64,000 bases of DNA from positions 1-64,000 of the forward strand of contig JBILLK010000031.1 in assembly GCA_044376115.1 (NCBI GenBank), read 5' to 3'. Source of the DNA: Polyangiaceae bacterium. GTDB lineage: Bacteria > Myxococcota_A > Polyangia > Polyangiales > Polyangiaceae. Positions within the stretch are counted from its first letter, which is position 1; each line of letters starts with the position of its first letter. The translations under genes and the position numbers were made by a program. Below the pieces are notes generated by a model, which did not search any database, was not told where the DNA came from, and saw only the letters and a list, made by a program, of their open reading frames with translations. Positions 7,855 through 18,114 of the stretch are shown piece by piece.

Positions 7855-9055
7855 TCTGGTCTCTCCTGCGAAAACGCCGAAGCGGCTGATCCTCGACCTC
7901 GAGGACTCGGCCGCTGAGCTTATCGGCTGCACGTTGTCCGGGCGCTACGTGGTGGAGAGCGTGCTCGGTCAGGGCGGCATGGGCACGGTGTACCGTGCCC
8001 GCCACAGCGTGATCGGTCGCACCTGTGCGATCAAAGTGCTGCGCCGGGAGATCGCTGGGGATGCTGAGTCGGTGCAGCGTTTCATCCGCGAGGCGAAGAT
8101 CGCCGGCGGGCTCTCCCACCCGAACATCGCCGAGGTGATCGACTTTGGTGAGGTGACCGCGGCTGAGCTGCCTTCGCTCGGGCGGAGCACCCAGCCGTTC
8201 ATGGTGATGCCCGAGCTCGAGGGCCAGACGTTGGCCGAGATCCTCGAGCGCAGCGGGCCGCTTGATGGTTGGCGGGTGGCGCGTTTGTTCGCGCAGGCCG
8301 CCGACGCGCTGGCCGCCGCGCATGACAAGGCGGTGATTCATCGCGACCTCAAGCCGGACAACCTTTTCGTCACGCGGGATCGCAACGGCGCCGAGCTGGT
8401 GAAGGTGCTTGATTTTGGCGTGGCCAAGTTGCTCACAGCGCCAAAATTGACGCGCAAAGGCACCGTTTTTGGCACCCCGTACTATATGAGTCCGGAGCAG
8501 GCCAGCGACCGTGGGGTGGACCACTTCACCGACCAATATGCGCTCGGCGTGGTGATGTACGAGGTGCTCAGCGGCCGGGTTCCCTTCGACGATGATTCGC
8601 CGATGGGCGTGATGAAGCAGCACCTTTTCGCGACGCCGGAGCCGCTCGAGGAGGTGGTGCCGGACGTGACGCGGCTCGGTGAAGTGGGACCGGTCGTCAT
8701 GCGCTGTTTGGCCAAAGCGCCGAACGACCGCTTCCCGAATATGCGGGCGCTCGCTGCGGCCTTGAACGAGGTCGCCCGCAAACCCGCGCAAGCGACTCCG
8801 CGCCCGGCGGCCGCGCAAGGGACCCCGCGCCCGGCGGCGCTGCTCGGGGAGGGGCCTCGCGGCACGGTGCGGATGCCGAGCGGCGCTACGCCGCAGCTCT
8901 TGCTCTCCCCCAGCCAGCTCCAGTCCGCGCCGGTTGCGCCGGTCGCGCCGGTCGCGGTGCCCCGTCGTTCGCTTTGGGGGCCGCTGCTCGTCGGAGCGAG
9001 CCTGTTGCTCGTGGTCGCAGGCTTGGTCGGCTGGTTCTTGTTGCAACGCGGTTAG
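7811..9055 (+). CDS. Hanks-type Ser/Thr protein kinase with a C-terminal membrane anchor (start uncertain)
   Basis: LGQGGMGTVY, AIKVL, HRDLKPDN, DFG, GTPYYMSPE motifs and a C-terminal TM helix. Confidence 0.93.
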   Translation: MTSPRSETRSWPRSDLVSPAKTPKRLILDLEDSAAELIGCTLSGRYVVESVLGQGGMGTVYRARHSVIGRTCAIKVLRREIAGDAESVQRFIREAKIAGGLSHPNIAEVIDFGEVTAAELPSLGRSTQPFMVMPELEGQTLAEILERSGPLDGWRVARLFAQAADALAAAHDKAVIHRDLKPDNLFVTRDRNGAELVKVLDFGVAKLLTAPKLTRKGTVFGTPYYMSPEQASDRGVDHFTDQYALGVVMYEVLSGRVPFDDDSPMGVMKQHLFATPEPLEEVVPDVTRLGEVGPVVMRCLAKAPNDRFPNMRALAAALNEVARKPAQATPRPAAAQGTPRPAALLGEGPRGTVRMPSGATPQLLLSPSQLQSAPVAPVAPVAVPRRSLWGPLLVGASLLLVVAGLVGWFLLQRG

Positions 9056-9247
9056 GCTCGGTCGCCCCAAAGGCGGCCCTCGTTCCCGGCCGGCACGTTC
9101 CCGGCCGCTCTTGGCCTATTGACGAGGAATCAGCGCGCCGCCGGGCCCCCGCGGACGCGAGCAACCAGGCCGGTGAGCAGTCTGACCCCAACTTCGGTAG
9201 ATGTGCGCTTGACAGCGACGCGCCCTGGTCGCCATCCTCGCTCCCAC

Positions 9248-11803
9248 GTGGCCAAACGGCAGCTGCTCCTCGTCGACGGTGATCCCCGATCGATTCGCGT
9301 TCTCGACGTCAGTCTGAGAAAGGCGGGCTTTTCCGTCACCACAGCCAGTGAAGCCGAGGACGCGCTGCGCAAGCTGGAGTTCTCCTCCGCAGATTTGCTG
9401 ATCACCGAGACGCGTTTGCCGAACTCGGATGGCTACGCGCTGGTGCGGCGGCTGAAAGAGCGGCCGGAGTGGGCGCAGATCCCGGTGCTCTTCCTCGCCA
9501 GTCAGCGTTCGATCGAGGACAAGATCCGCGGCCTCGAGCTGGGCGTCGAAGACTATCTGACCAAGCCGATCTTCGTGCGCGAGCTGATCACGCGCATCAA
9601 CCTGATCTTCGCCCGGAGGACGCAGGAGGGCATCGCCACAACGCGGCAAACCACCGGCGGCGGCAGGACGCGCTTCGCCGGCGCGCTCGCCGACATGGGC
9701 GTGGTCGACTTGATGCAGACCTTCGAGGTGAGCCGCAAGAGCGGCGTGTGCAAGCTGGACAACGCCGAGACCCACGCCCAAGCCCGCATCTACTTTCGCG
9801 ACGGCAAAATCGTAGACGCGACGCTGTGGCCGGAGGGGGCGAAGGAACCTTCGACGCCGGCCACAGGAGCGCGACAGCCGGGCTATTTGACTGGCGAAGA
9901 GGCCGTTTACCGCACGTTCATCTGGGGCGACGGCGGCTTCGAGGTGGAGTTCTCCCGGGTGGATACGCCCGACGTGATCGAGAGTTCGACGCAGGGTCTG
10001 CTGATGGAGGGCATGCGTCGGCTGGACGAGTGGCAACGCCTGCTCGAGGTCCTGCCTCCGCTGGCGAGCGTGTTCGAGGTGGACTCCGAAGAGCTGCTCA
10101 ACCGCCTGTCGGAGATCCCCGACGAGCTGAACGGCATCTTGCGTTTGTTCGATGGCCGGCGCTCCTTGATGCAGGTGGTGGACGCCTCGCCGTTCGAGGA
10201 CCTTTCGACCTTGTCGACGGTGTCGAAGCTCTACTTCGAGGGCCTTTTGGTCGAGCGTTCGGGCGGTATGGAAGAGGACGTCGTGCCCAGCGCTGAGTCG
10301 GTGGCGCCGCTGCCGGTTGCGCCGCGGCATACGCTCGAGAGCATCGTGCCGCTGTCGGAGAACTCCTCCGACGTGCCGCCGCCGATCGCACCGAGCCCAC
10401 TACCGACGCGCATCGAATTTGGCGCTGGAGTACGGCTGGACCCGCCCACGCTCTCGAGCCCAGTCCTCTCGAGCCCAGTCCTCTCGAGCCCAGGCCAGCC
10501 GATACGACCCGCGGCCAGCGACGGCCTGCTGACCCGCGACGGCTTGCTGACGACGAGCGACGCCGGCGAGGAGGATGCGTCAGCGCCGGTTCGCTTCGAT
10601 GAGTCGGAGGCCAAGCGCACCGCGCCGGCCGATGACCACAGTTCGCTGCGGCTCGCCTCGGCGAGGCCGCCGGTGTTGGAGGCTCATTCGAGCAAGCCGC
10701 GCAGCGAGGATGAAGGGCTGAATCAGCCCTGGCAACACGCTGACGACGACGACGATGACGCGCCCTCGACCGATGCAAATGGCGAGGACGAAGCAGCGGG
10801 CGAGGTGAGCCCGCCCACGGCGCTGGACCGCGAGATGGCCGCCTCCTTCGATGAGGACGAGGAAAGCGAAGAAGAGGACGACGACGACGACGACTCGGAC
10901 GATGAGGACGACGACGACTCGGACGATGAGGACGAGGACGAGGACGATGAGGACGCGGCCGCTCCAGCTGCCGCCGCCGTTGCACCCAATCCGGCGCTCG
11001 CTCGTACGCTCGTCAGTGAAACCTTGCCGACGCCCGAGGCGATTCGTTTCGCCGAAGATCCGCCTGCAGAAGAAGACGCTCGCTCCAATGAGGACGCAGC
11101 CGCCAGCAAAGCCGAAGAGGAAGACGCACCGCTCGAGTCGCTCGGTGAAGAGCCGGAGCCGGAGCGCTTCGACGAGGATGAAGCGCCTGTTGCTCGCGAT
11201 CCCGAGGCTGAAGATCGGCGGCGCCGTGCGACCCGCCTGGTCATCATCGTGGTGGCGATCGCGGCCTTGGTCGGCATCGTTGCGATACTGAGCAAAGGCC
11301 GCGGGAGTGAACAGCGCATTCCCATCCCCTCGAGCAGTCCGAACCCCGGCCCCAAGCCCACCGGCATGAGCATCGAGCCGCTGCAAACGCAGGCTGTCAC
11401 GGCCGAGCCCACCGCTCCGCCAACGGCTAGCGCCACGGCCTCGGTTACCGCCTCGGCTTCGGCTTCGGCGCCAAGCTCGGCCGAGGTCCCGCCCTCCGCT
11501 TCTGCGGCGGCTACGGCTTCAGCGCCGCCAGCGCTCACCGGCACCATGCCGGTGGCCGAAGATTCGAGCGTGCCGCTCGCCACGCGGGTGCAACAGGCGC
11601 TCTCCGGCCCGGACAAGGGGCGCGCCGTCGGCCTTGCTCGCCAGTGGACCACGCAGTCGCCGGGCAGCGCGCAAGCTTGGTATTACCTGGGCGCGGCGCT
11701 GATGGGCGCCGGGCAAAGTGGCCGTGAGGCCTTCAAGAAATGTGCCGAGCTCTCCTCCGCCGAGTCGGATCTCGGCGCCGAGTGCCAGGCCCTTTCGAAC
11801 TAG
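9248..11803 (+). CDS. Membrane-anchored atypical response regulator: receiver, DUF4388/PatA-N-like domain, acidic linker, TM, TPR-like C-terminus
   Basis: LLLVDGD...IPVLFL...DYLTKPI receiver; '[15 protein letters not shown]...[11 protein letters not shown]...[13 protein letters not shown]' domain; TM '[18 protein letters not shown]'. Confidence 0.88.
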   Translation: MAKRQLLLVDGDPRSIRVLDVSLRKAGFSVTTASEAEDALRKLEFSSADLLITETRLPNSDGYALVRRLKERPEWAQIPVLFLASQRSIEDKIRGLELGVEDYLTKPIFVRELITRINLIFARRTQEGIATTRQTTGGGRTRFAGALADMGVVDLMQTFEVSRKSGVCKLDNAETHAQARIYFRDGKIVDATLWPEGAKEPSTPATGARQPGYLTGEEAVYRTFIWGDGGFEVEFSRVDTPDVIESSTQGLLMEGMRRLDEWQRLLEVLPPLASVFEVDSEELLNRLSEIPDELNGILRLFDGRRSLMQVVDASPFEDLSTLSTVSKLYFEGLLVERSGGMEEDVVPSAESVAPLPVAPRHTLESIVPLSENSSDVPPPIAPSPLPTRIEFGAGVRLDPPTLSSPVLSSPVLSSPGQPIRPAASDGLLTRDGLLTTSDAGEEDASAPVRFDESEAKRTAPADDHSSLRLASARPPVLEAHSSKPRSEDEGLNQPWQHADDDDDDAPSTDANGEDEAAGEVSPPTALDREMAASFDEDEESEEEDDDDDDSDDEDDDDSDDEDEDEDDEDAAAPAAAAVAPNPALARTLVSETLPTPEAIRFAEDPPAEEDARSNEDAAASKAEEEDAPLESLGEEPEPERFDEDEAPVARDPEAEDRRRRATRLVIIVVAIAALVGIVAILSKGRGSEQRIPIPSSSPNPGPKPTGMSIEPLQTQAVTAEPTAPPTASATASVTASASASAPSSAEVPPSASAAATASAPPALTGTMPVAEDSSVPLATRVQQALSGPDKGRAVGLARQWTTQSPGSAQAWYYLGAALMGAGQSGREAFKKCAELSSAESDLGAECQALSN
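10451..10493 (+). repeat. Intragenic 15-bp tandem repeat (LSSPV, ~3 copies)
   Basis: CTCTCGAGCCCAGTC twice plus CTCTCGAGCCCAG. Confidence 0.85.
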
Positions 11804-11937
11804 GGAAGACGTCGGCGGAACGCCGCACGGGGCAACGGCCCGCGTAGCTGTTCGGGCAAAGCAGCAGGCTCAATCGTCAGACTGCGCTTGATGGCCCGTC
11901 CGTCCAGCCATGTCCGCATGCTACGGTGCCACCCCCA

Positions 11938-12609
11938 ATGACCCATTCGACGGCATGGGAGGCCCGGTCCGATGACGAGCTGTTCGCTGACGCGCTTGCA
12001 TTGCGTGCGGCGGGCAAACCTCCGGATGCTCGGATGGGGATTCTCCTGCAACGCTGGAAACGTGCAGCCATGTACGTCATCCGGAGAATCCAACAGAGCT
12101 ACAAACGGGGGACCGAAGACGACCTCGAGGAGCTCTTTCAAGACGCCTCGATCAAGCTGCTCGAGCGCGGTTTGGATCAATATCGAGGCACCGCGGTGGG
12201 AGAGGGCGGGGAGACGCGAGCGGCCTCTGCGCGGACCTTCTTCTTGCGCATCGTCAAACACACGGCGATCGACTTCTATCGGCGCAACCGTGAGGAGCTG
12301 GCGCCAGCCACCACCGACGGTGAAGACGAGCCGGAGACCTCCGCTCATGAGGCTGCCGTGGCCGTCAAGTTGGCTCGCCGAGAGGCCGAACGAGACGATG
12401 CAAGCGAGGTCTATTGGAAGGCCTGGCGCAGGCTCGTGGCCGAGCATCCCAACGAGGCCGCGGCCTGGGACCTCTACCACCACCAAGACCTCGACGACCA
12501 CGTGGCCGTGGCCGAGCGCCTCTCGATCTCGGTCGTCAATTCCTACAAGAGAATCAGCCGCGCTCAAGCTCATCTGCGGCTCTACCTGCTCGAAGACAAA
12601 GACCCTTGA
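11938..12609 (+). CDS. ECF-type RNA polymerase sigma-70 factor
   Basis: Region 2 'DLEELFQDA...RTFFLRIVKHTAIDFYRR' and region 4 'VAERLSISVVNSYKRISRAQAHLR'. Confidence 0.85.
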   Translation: MTHSTAWEARSDDELFADALALRAAGKPPDARMGILLQRWKRAAMYVIRRIQQSYKRGTEDDLEELFQDASIKLLERGLDQYRGTAVGEGGETRAASARTFFLRIVKHTAIDFYRRNREELAPATTDGEDEPETSAHEAAVAVKLARREAERDDASEVYWKAWRRLVAEHPNEAAAWDLYHHQDLDDHVAVAERLSISVVNSYKRISRAQAHLRLYLLEDKDP

Positions 12610-12667
12610 CCTGGCACGGCGCGCAAGCAGCCGCGCCGTTTTGCAACCACAGGAAAGGAGGCCCGCC

Positions 12668-13462
12668 ATGGCCCCGATATCGCTCCGTCCGTCCACGATC
12701 GAAACCAAACTCCAGAAGCTCGGAGTCACCCCCCGCAACGTCCTCGTCGTTTGTGGCGAGGCCCTACGCAAGAGCAGTCAAAAAGAAAGTGCGCGCGCCG
12801 AGGAGACGGACCGCGCACTTCTCGGTTTGTCGCTGCAAGACGCTGCGCAGGCGTTGCTTTCGGTTTCGGCCAAGGAGCTCGTGACGGAGCTGAATCGCGC
12901 GGGGAATGAGGCCTTCGAGGCCGCGTTCGCCGAGGACCAGGAAGAGCGCCAGCTGTTCGCTGAGAGCGCTGCTAGCGCCTTGCGAGCGCGCGATTCGGTG
13001 GCCTCGTTGCAGCGCGCCGCAGAGCGCCGAGTGGAGCTCGCACGCGGAGATGTGGCCGGGCTCGAGCAGGCGCTCGCTTCGCTGCAGACGGTGCTCGCCG
13101 AGGTGGACCAGCGCAAGAACTCGATGGCTCGCATGCTGACCGGCATCAACCCCGAGCGTCGCCAGGCGTTGGCCGAGCTCGACGCGGGGGAGGCCGCGCA
13201 GGCCTGGTGGTTTTCGCTCTCGGCGGAGCCTGCGCAAGACGGGCTGCTGCGCGAACTCGGTGATATCGAGGCGTCCAACGCTGCGCCTCTCCCTCGCTTC
13301 GACGCCAGCAGCGCCTTACGGCGCACGGCGCTGGGCACGGTGACGCCGGCGGAGTCCGCGTTGCTCGCGGCCCACGCGGCCAAGGATGCGTCGCTCGCGG
13401 AGGCGCTCGAGTTGGTGCGCACCGTGGACGTGGAAGCGCTGTCCGCCGAGGCCGAGCGTTAG
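12668..13462 (+). CDS. Hypothetical helical protein, candidate anti-sigma/partner
   Basis: Strong RBS GGAAAGGAGG before ATG 12668, directly downstream of the ECF sigma. Confidence 0.75.
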   Translation: MAPISLRPSTIETKLQKLGVTPRNVLVVCGEALRKSSQKESARAEETDRALLGLSLQDAAQALLSVSAKELVTELNRAGNEAFEAAFAEDQEERQLFAESAASALRARDSVASLQRAAERRVELARGDVAGLEQALASLQTVLAEVDQRKNSMARMLTGINPERRQALAELDAGEAAQAWWFSLSAEPAQDGLLRELGDIEASNAAPLPRFDASSALRRTALGTVTPAESALLAAHAAKDASLAEALELVRTVDVEALSAEAER

Positions 13463-13471
13463 CCGAGGCCG

Positions 13472-14476
13472 TCAGCGCGTGTGGTTGCGCGGGCGTGGGT
13501 CGAGCAGCACCGCCACCAGATCGGCGAGCAGCGTGGAGGCCGTGACCAGCAAGGCCGACGCCAGGGTGATGCCCATCACCAGCTCCGGGTCGCGGCTCTG
13601 AATCGCGTTGACCGTCAGATCCCCAAGCCCCGGCCAGCGAAACAGCTTCTCGGTGACGATCGCACCGCTGATCAACGCCCCCAGCTCGAGGATCGTCAAC
13701 TGGGTGATCGGCCCGAGCGTGGTGCGCAACGCATGAAAGCCGAAGGCGTAAAGACGCGAGGCACCGCGGGCTCGAACCACGCGCACGAACGGCTTATCGA
13801 TCGCCTCTTGTAGCTCCGACCGCACCAGCCGCGTGAGCACGCCGGTGCCGTACAGGGCCAGCGTGAGCGCCGGAAGGACGATCGAGACGCTGAACATGCC
13901 CGGCGCCTTGCCGGCCCCATCGATCGGCAGCAGGCCCAGCCGGTGGGCGAGGAAGTATTGCAAAAAGAGCCCGCTGGCGAAGGTCGGCGCGGCGGAGAGC
14001 GCGGTCGTGCCGCCCACGATCAGCTCGTCGATGCGGCTGCCTCGTTTGAGCGCCGCCAACACGCCGAGCCCCACGCTCAGCAGCACCTGCAGGGCGATCG
14101 CCACCACCGCCAGGTCGAAGGAGAGCGGTAACTTCTTCTTGATCAGCGCTGCAACAGGCTGGTTGTAGACGAAGCTGAAGCCGAGGTTCGCGTGCAGGCC
14201 GAGCGGCAGCTCGGTGCAATGGTCGTGCGCTAGTTCGGCGTGCTGTCCGTGTACGAGGCGGCGGTGATAGTTGAGGTAACGCTCCGCGGCCGGCCGGTCT
14301 GAGCCGTAGAGAGCGCGCGCTCGCTCCACGTCGGCCGGGGAGGCCTGCGGTCCGAGCACCGTCTCGACCGGGTCTCCCGGGAGCCAGACGGTCATGAACC
14401 AAGCCGCCGAAGCCACGCCCCAGGTCACCAGCAAGGCGATCGAAAGGCGCAACATGAGCCTGCGCAGGAGCTTCAT
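13472..14476 (-). CDS. Peptide/nickel ABC transporter permease (DppB/OppB family)
   Basis: LPGDPV, LGFSF, EAA loop 'FVRVVRARGAS...HALR', 'IVTEKLFRWPGLG', LLDPR. Confidence 0.93.
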   Translation of the reverse strand: MKLLRRLMLRLSIALLVTWGVASAAWFMTVWLPGDPVETVLGPQASPADVERARALYGSDRPAAERYLNYHRRLVHGQHAELAHDHCTELPLGLHANLGFSFVYNQPVAALIKKKLPLSFDLAVVAIALQVLLSVGLGVLAALKRGSRIDELIVGGTTALSAAPTFASGLFLQYFLAHRLGLLPIDGAGKAPGMFSVSIVLPALTLALYGTGVLTRLVRSELQEAIDKPFVRVVRARGASRLYAFGFHALRTTLGPITQLTILELGALISGAIVTEKLFRWPGLGDLTVNAIQSRDPELVMGITLASALLVTASTLLADLVAVLLDPRPRNHTR

Positions 14477-16980
14477 TGCGAACCTCGCGAGCGCGCAGAC
14501 GGCGCAAGATAGGTGCGCGTGAGATCACAAAGCCGCATGGCGTCGGGCTCGAAGCCGAACACCCACGGTTGCACCACCTCGATGTTCTGCGCCTGGATGG
14601 TGGGGATCCACGGAGCCTCCGAGCTGACGATGCGCTCGGCCTCGGCGAAGGCTTGCCGGCGCACGGCCGGCTCGCGCTCGGTTCGCGTGACGAGCAGCGT
14701 CTCCAGCAGCTCTTGCGACGCGAAGCCCGAATAGTTGTGCGAGGCTGCTTCCTCGGTCGGCAGCAGGTTGGGATCGAAGAAGGTGAGGGGATCGGCATAG
14801 TCCGCCTGCCACGCCGCCCAGCCCATCGGCGAACGCTCGGCGCTGCGAATATGCGCCAAGTAGGCTTGGAACGTGAGCAGATGCAGACGCACGCGCAGGC
14901 CGACCTTGGCCAACTGCTCCTTGTAGATCTCCGCTGCATGTTGCTCGAGCGTGTTGGGCACCGTCACATAGGCGATCTCCTCGGGATAGCCGCCTTCCCC
15001 CGTCTCCGGGTCGAACGCATAGCCGGCGGCCTTCATGTTCAAGAGCGCCCGCTCGAGATCGAAGCTGCGCCCTTCGCTTTGCTCCGGCCGCATCGGCACG
15101 CCTTCGGGGATCACCGTCGTGAGCGAACGCACCTCCGGCCTGACCAACGAGAGCACGCTCGGATCGACGGCGTGGGAGACTGCGCGCCGCAGGAAAAGAT
15201 CGTTGAAAGGCGGCTTGCGGGTGTCGAGGTAGATGGCGCTTACGCGAAAGCGCTCCACCTGGCGGACGAGCGGTGCCCAGCCGGGATTCGCCCGGAACAG
15301 CGCTGCATCGCTGCTCGTCACCTCGCGCAGCAGATCGAACTCACCGCGCTCAAAGCGATAACGTTGGGCCTGCGGTCGCACGTTGAAGGTCAGCTCGACG
15401 CGGTCGAGGTAGGGCAGCCCGGCCTCGTAATAGCCGTCGTGTCGCTCGAGCGCGAGCCCGCGGTCGGCGTCGAACTCGGTTACGCGGAAGGGCCCGGCGC
15501 CACAGAGCTCGGTTGGTTTGGCGATTCCCGGCGCAGGTACGCTGGCGCATACCGGGGCCAGCGTCGACATCGACAGCCGCACCGCAAAGGTCGCGTCGGG
15601 GCTCTTGAGACGAAGCTGAAGCTGCGTCGGGCCGAGCACGGTGACGCCGGTGAGCTCGGCCGCCTCGCCCGCGTGGAAGGCCTCAAAGCCGACCAGCCCC
15701 GAAAATTCGCTGGCCCGACCGCTCGCCACTTTGGGCCCCAAAGCCCGCTCGATCGAACGTTTGAGGTCCTGCGCGGTGAGCGGCGTTTGGTCTTGAAAGC
15801 GCAGGTTTGGCCGGAGCTCGAGCGTCACCACGGTGCCGCTCTCGGACCAGCTGAGTTGCTCGACGAAGCCCGGGATGAAGCGACCTTGCGGGTCGAAAGA
15901 GAGCAGCTGGCCGAACACCATATGGCCGATCACCACGCTGTTTTCATCGGTGGCCAGCGCTGGATCGAGCGAACGAATCGGGAAGGCGGTGGCAAAACGA
16001 AAGCTGCCGCCGCGACGATCCTCGACTGAAACCTCGTTCGCGCGGGCCGCCGGAGGCGCGAGCTGCGCCGCAGGCAGAAGCAACGTCACCCCGAACACCG
16101 CCATCACGATCGCTAAGTCCCAGCTAAAGAGGCCGCGCGTGCGTGCAGCCGCCGGCTTCTCGGCGAGCGCTTCACCCAGGTGATGAAAGCCCAGCATCGT
16201 CAAAAGAATGGCGGTCGCAGGCGCAAACACGAGCAACGGCCGGGTGACGACGAAGCCCTCGGCCTCCTGCAGCATGCGGCCCCAAGAGGCGTCGGGCGGC
16301 GGCAGCCCAACGGTTAGGTACGAGAGCACCGCTTCGGCCAGGATCATCGAGCCGACGTTGCTGGTCCCCAGCGAAAGCACCGTGCCGCGCACGTTCGAAA
16401 GTACGTGCGTGAGCGCCACGCGCCACGGCCGAACCCCCAGCGCCCGCGCCGCCAAGACGTAGTCTTCACGCAACACCGACTCCGCCTTTACCTGCGTTAT
16501 GCGTGCAATTCCGGTCCAGCCGGTCAAGCCGAGCACGAGGATCATCGAGCTGAGGCTGGTGCCGCCGAGCAGCGTTCCAATCGCCGTGATCAAGAGCAGG
16601 CCGGGGAAGGCGAAGAGCACATCGAGGATGCGCATAAGAAAGAACGCCAAGCCGCGCGAGACGTATTGCCGAGCCACCGCCGTCGCGATGCCGAAGGCGC
16701 CGCCGATCAGCGCCGACAGCGCTCCGGCCACGATCGCCAGCGTCAGTGAAACGCGCGCACCCGCCAAAAGACGGGCTAGAACGTCACGGTGCACCGGGTC
16801 GGTACCCAGCCAATGCGCCGCACTCGGCAGCGGCGGGCCACCGTCAGGCGCGCGCGCCACCTCGAAATGATGCTGATTTGGCGCCTGGCCGAGCAGCGCC
16901 GAGAGCACCGAAAGCAGCAACAAGAGGCCGACCACGCCCAGGCCGATTCGGCCGTGACGTGAACGTAAGAGCCGTTTCAT
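14473..16980 (-). CDS. Fusion of DppC/OppC permease and family-5 substrate-binding protein
   Basis: HWLGTD...YVLAARALG...AEAVLSYL...PPDASWG followed in frame by SLDPA, GAGPFRV, PYLDRVE, WQADYADP. Confidence 0.9.
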   Translation of the reverse strand: MKRLLRSRHGRIGLGVVGLLLLLSVLSALLGQAPNQHHFEVARAPDGGPPLPSAAHWLGTDPVHRDVLARLLAGARVSLTLAIVAGALSALIGGAFGIATAVARQYVSRGLAFFLMRILDVLFAFPGLLLITAIGTLLGGTSLSSMILVLGLTGWTGIARITQVKAESVLREDYVLAARALGVRPWRVALTHVLSNVRGTVLSLGTSNVGSMILAEAVLSYLTVGLPPPDASWGRMLQEAEGFVVTRPLLVFAPATAILLTMLGFHHLGEALAEKPAAARTRGLFSWDLAIVMAVFGVTLLLPAAQLAPPAARANEVSVEDRRGGSFRFATAFPIRSLDPALATDENSVVIGHMVFGQLLSFDPQGRFIPGFVEQLSWSESGTVVTLELRPNLRFQDQTPLTAQDLKRSIERALGPKVASGRASEFSGLVGFEAFHAGEAAELTGVTVLGPTQLQLRLKSPDATFAVRLSMSTLAPVCASVPAPGIAKPTELCGAGPFRVTEFDADRGLALERHDGYYEAGLPYLDRVELTFNVRPQAQRYRFERGEFDLLREVTSSDAALFRANPGWAPLVRQVERFRVSAIYLDTRKPPFNDLFLRRAVSHAVDPSVLSLVRPEVRSLTTVIPEGVPMRPEQSEGRSFDLERALLNMKAAGYAFDPETGEGGYPEEIAYVTVPNTLEQHAAEIYKEQLAKVGLRVRLHLLTFQAYLAHIRSAERSPMGWAAWQADYADPLTFFDPNLLPTEEAASHNYSGFASQELLETLLVTRTEREPAVRRQAFAEAERIVSSEAPWIPTIQAQNIEVVQPWVFGFEPDAMRLCDLTRTYLAPSARSRGSQ

Positions 16981-17831
16981 CGCCTGCCTTCGAGGAACTC
17001 CCGCACGTGCCGCACGAACACTTCGGGCTGTTCTTCGGCGGGCGAATGACCCGTCGCCATGATCTCGAGCCGAGCGTCGCCGAGCTGTCTTGCGAGTTTG
17101 TTGGCAAATGCGACCGGGTACATCTTGTCGTCCCGGCCCCATATCACCAGCGTCGCCGCGCGTACGCGGCCTAACAGCGCAACCAACGTGCGCGTGTCGA
17201 GGGTCGCTCGCATCGTTGCGTAGGCGCTTTCGCGCGCCGAGGGCGTATTGAACTTGTCGTAGAAGGTGTCGATGCGGTCGACGTTGATCGGCATGCCCTT
17301 CGAGAAAACCTCGTCTTTGAAGTACGACCGAAAGAACGAGCGACCGTAGAGCTGCTTGAACCAAAACGGCCCGAGCACTGGATAGAGCGGTAATCGGGCC
17401 CGGAACGAGCGCGGAAAGGGGAAGGACAACGGGTCGACCAGCACCAGTTTGTCGACGAGCTCCGGGTGATGGGCGGCCAGCGTCATGGCAATGGCGCCTC
17501 CCATCGAGTGCCCGGCAACGTGCACGCGACCCACGCCCAGCCCGGCAATCAGGTCGGCCATCGACTCGGCGAAGGCGCTGAAACCGTACTCGTAGCGAGA
17601 CGGGCTGGGTTTGGCGCTATCCCCAAACCCCGGAAGATCCGGCGCAATGACGTGAAAATTGGCCGCCAAAAGGTCGATCACGTCGTCCCATTCAGCGTGC
17701 GAGACGATGAAGCCGTGGATCAGAAGCAGGGGGGGACCATTGCCAATTCCCGCTTCTACAGCGCGAATTCGCACCTCACCGACGGTGACGTCGCGCACTT
17801 CGCGTCGGACGCTGCGCCCTCTCTGCATCAT
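16977..17831 (-). CDS. Alpha/beta-fold hydrolase
   Basis: LLIHGF, PDLPGFGDS, GHSMGG nucleophile elbow, WGRDD, GHSP. Confidence 0.92.
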   Translation of the reverse strand: MMQRGRSVRREVRDVTVGEVRIRAVEAGIGNGPPLLLIHGFIVSHAEWDDVIDLLAANFHVIAPDLPGFGDSAKPSPSRYEYGFSAFAESMADLIAGLGVGRVHVAGHSMGGAIAMTLAAHHPELVDKLVLVDPLSFPFPRSFRARLPLYPVLGPFWFKQLYGRSFFRSYFKDEVFSKGMPINVDRIDTFYDKFNTPSARESAYATMRATLDTRTLVALLGRVRAATLVIWGRDDKMYPVAFANKLARQLGDARLEIMATGHSPAEEQPEVFVRHVREFLEGRR

Positions 17832-18114
17832 CGGCCGAGGCTAGCAGACAGTTGGACCATCGAAGGGCATGTGTGCAATGGTGGTTAACTTCACGCAAAC
17901 GCAAGCTTTTTTTGGGCGCACCGCGTCGTAAAATCTTCGCTGAGAGCGGACAATTAATGTCCTAGGCAAGAGCGTTCGCAGCACTCCGCAAGGCATAGGA
18001 GAGCATTTTGGCAAAGAAAGGCCCCAGAGAAATTGACTGTATTCCATTCAGTGGAATATGGTCCGTCGCGTTGTCGGATACGACGTTCTGTCTCCCCGAG
18101 AGGGGGAGGAGACT

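Noticed and set aside
6652..10330. Long antisense ORFs (also 47443..49086, 53157..54794, 61793..63154)
   Set aside because: Shadow ORFs expected from high GC3 codon bias opposite well-supported genes.
10850..10955. GAC/GAG trinucleotide-rich tract as a DNA-level element
   Set aside because: Explained by an in-frame Asp/Glu linker.
14473..17364. 963-aa ORF as called
   Set aside because: The first ~128 codons overlap the hydrolase in another frame; the real start is most likely ATG 16980.
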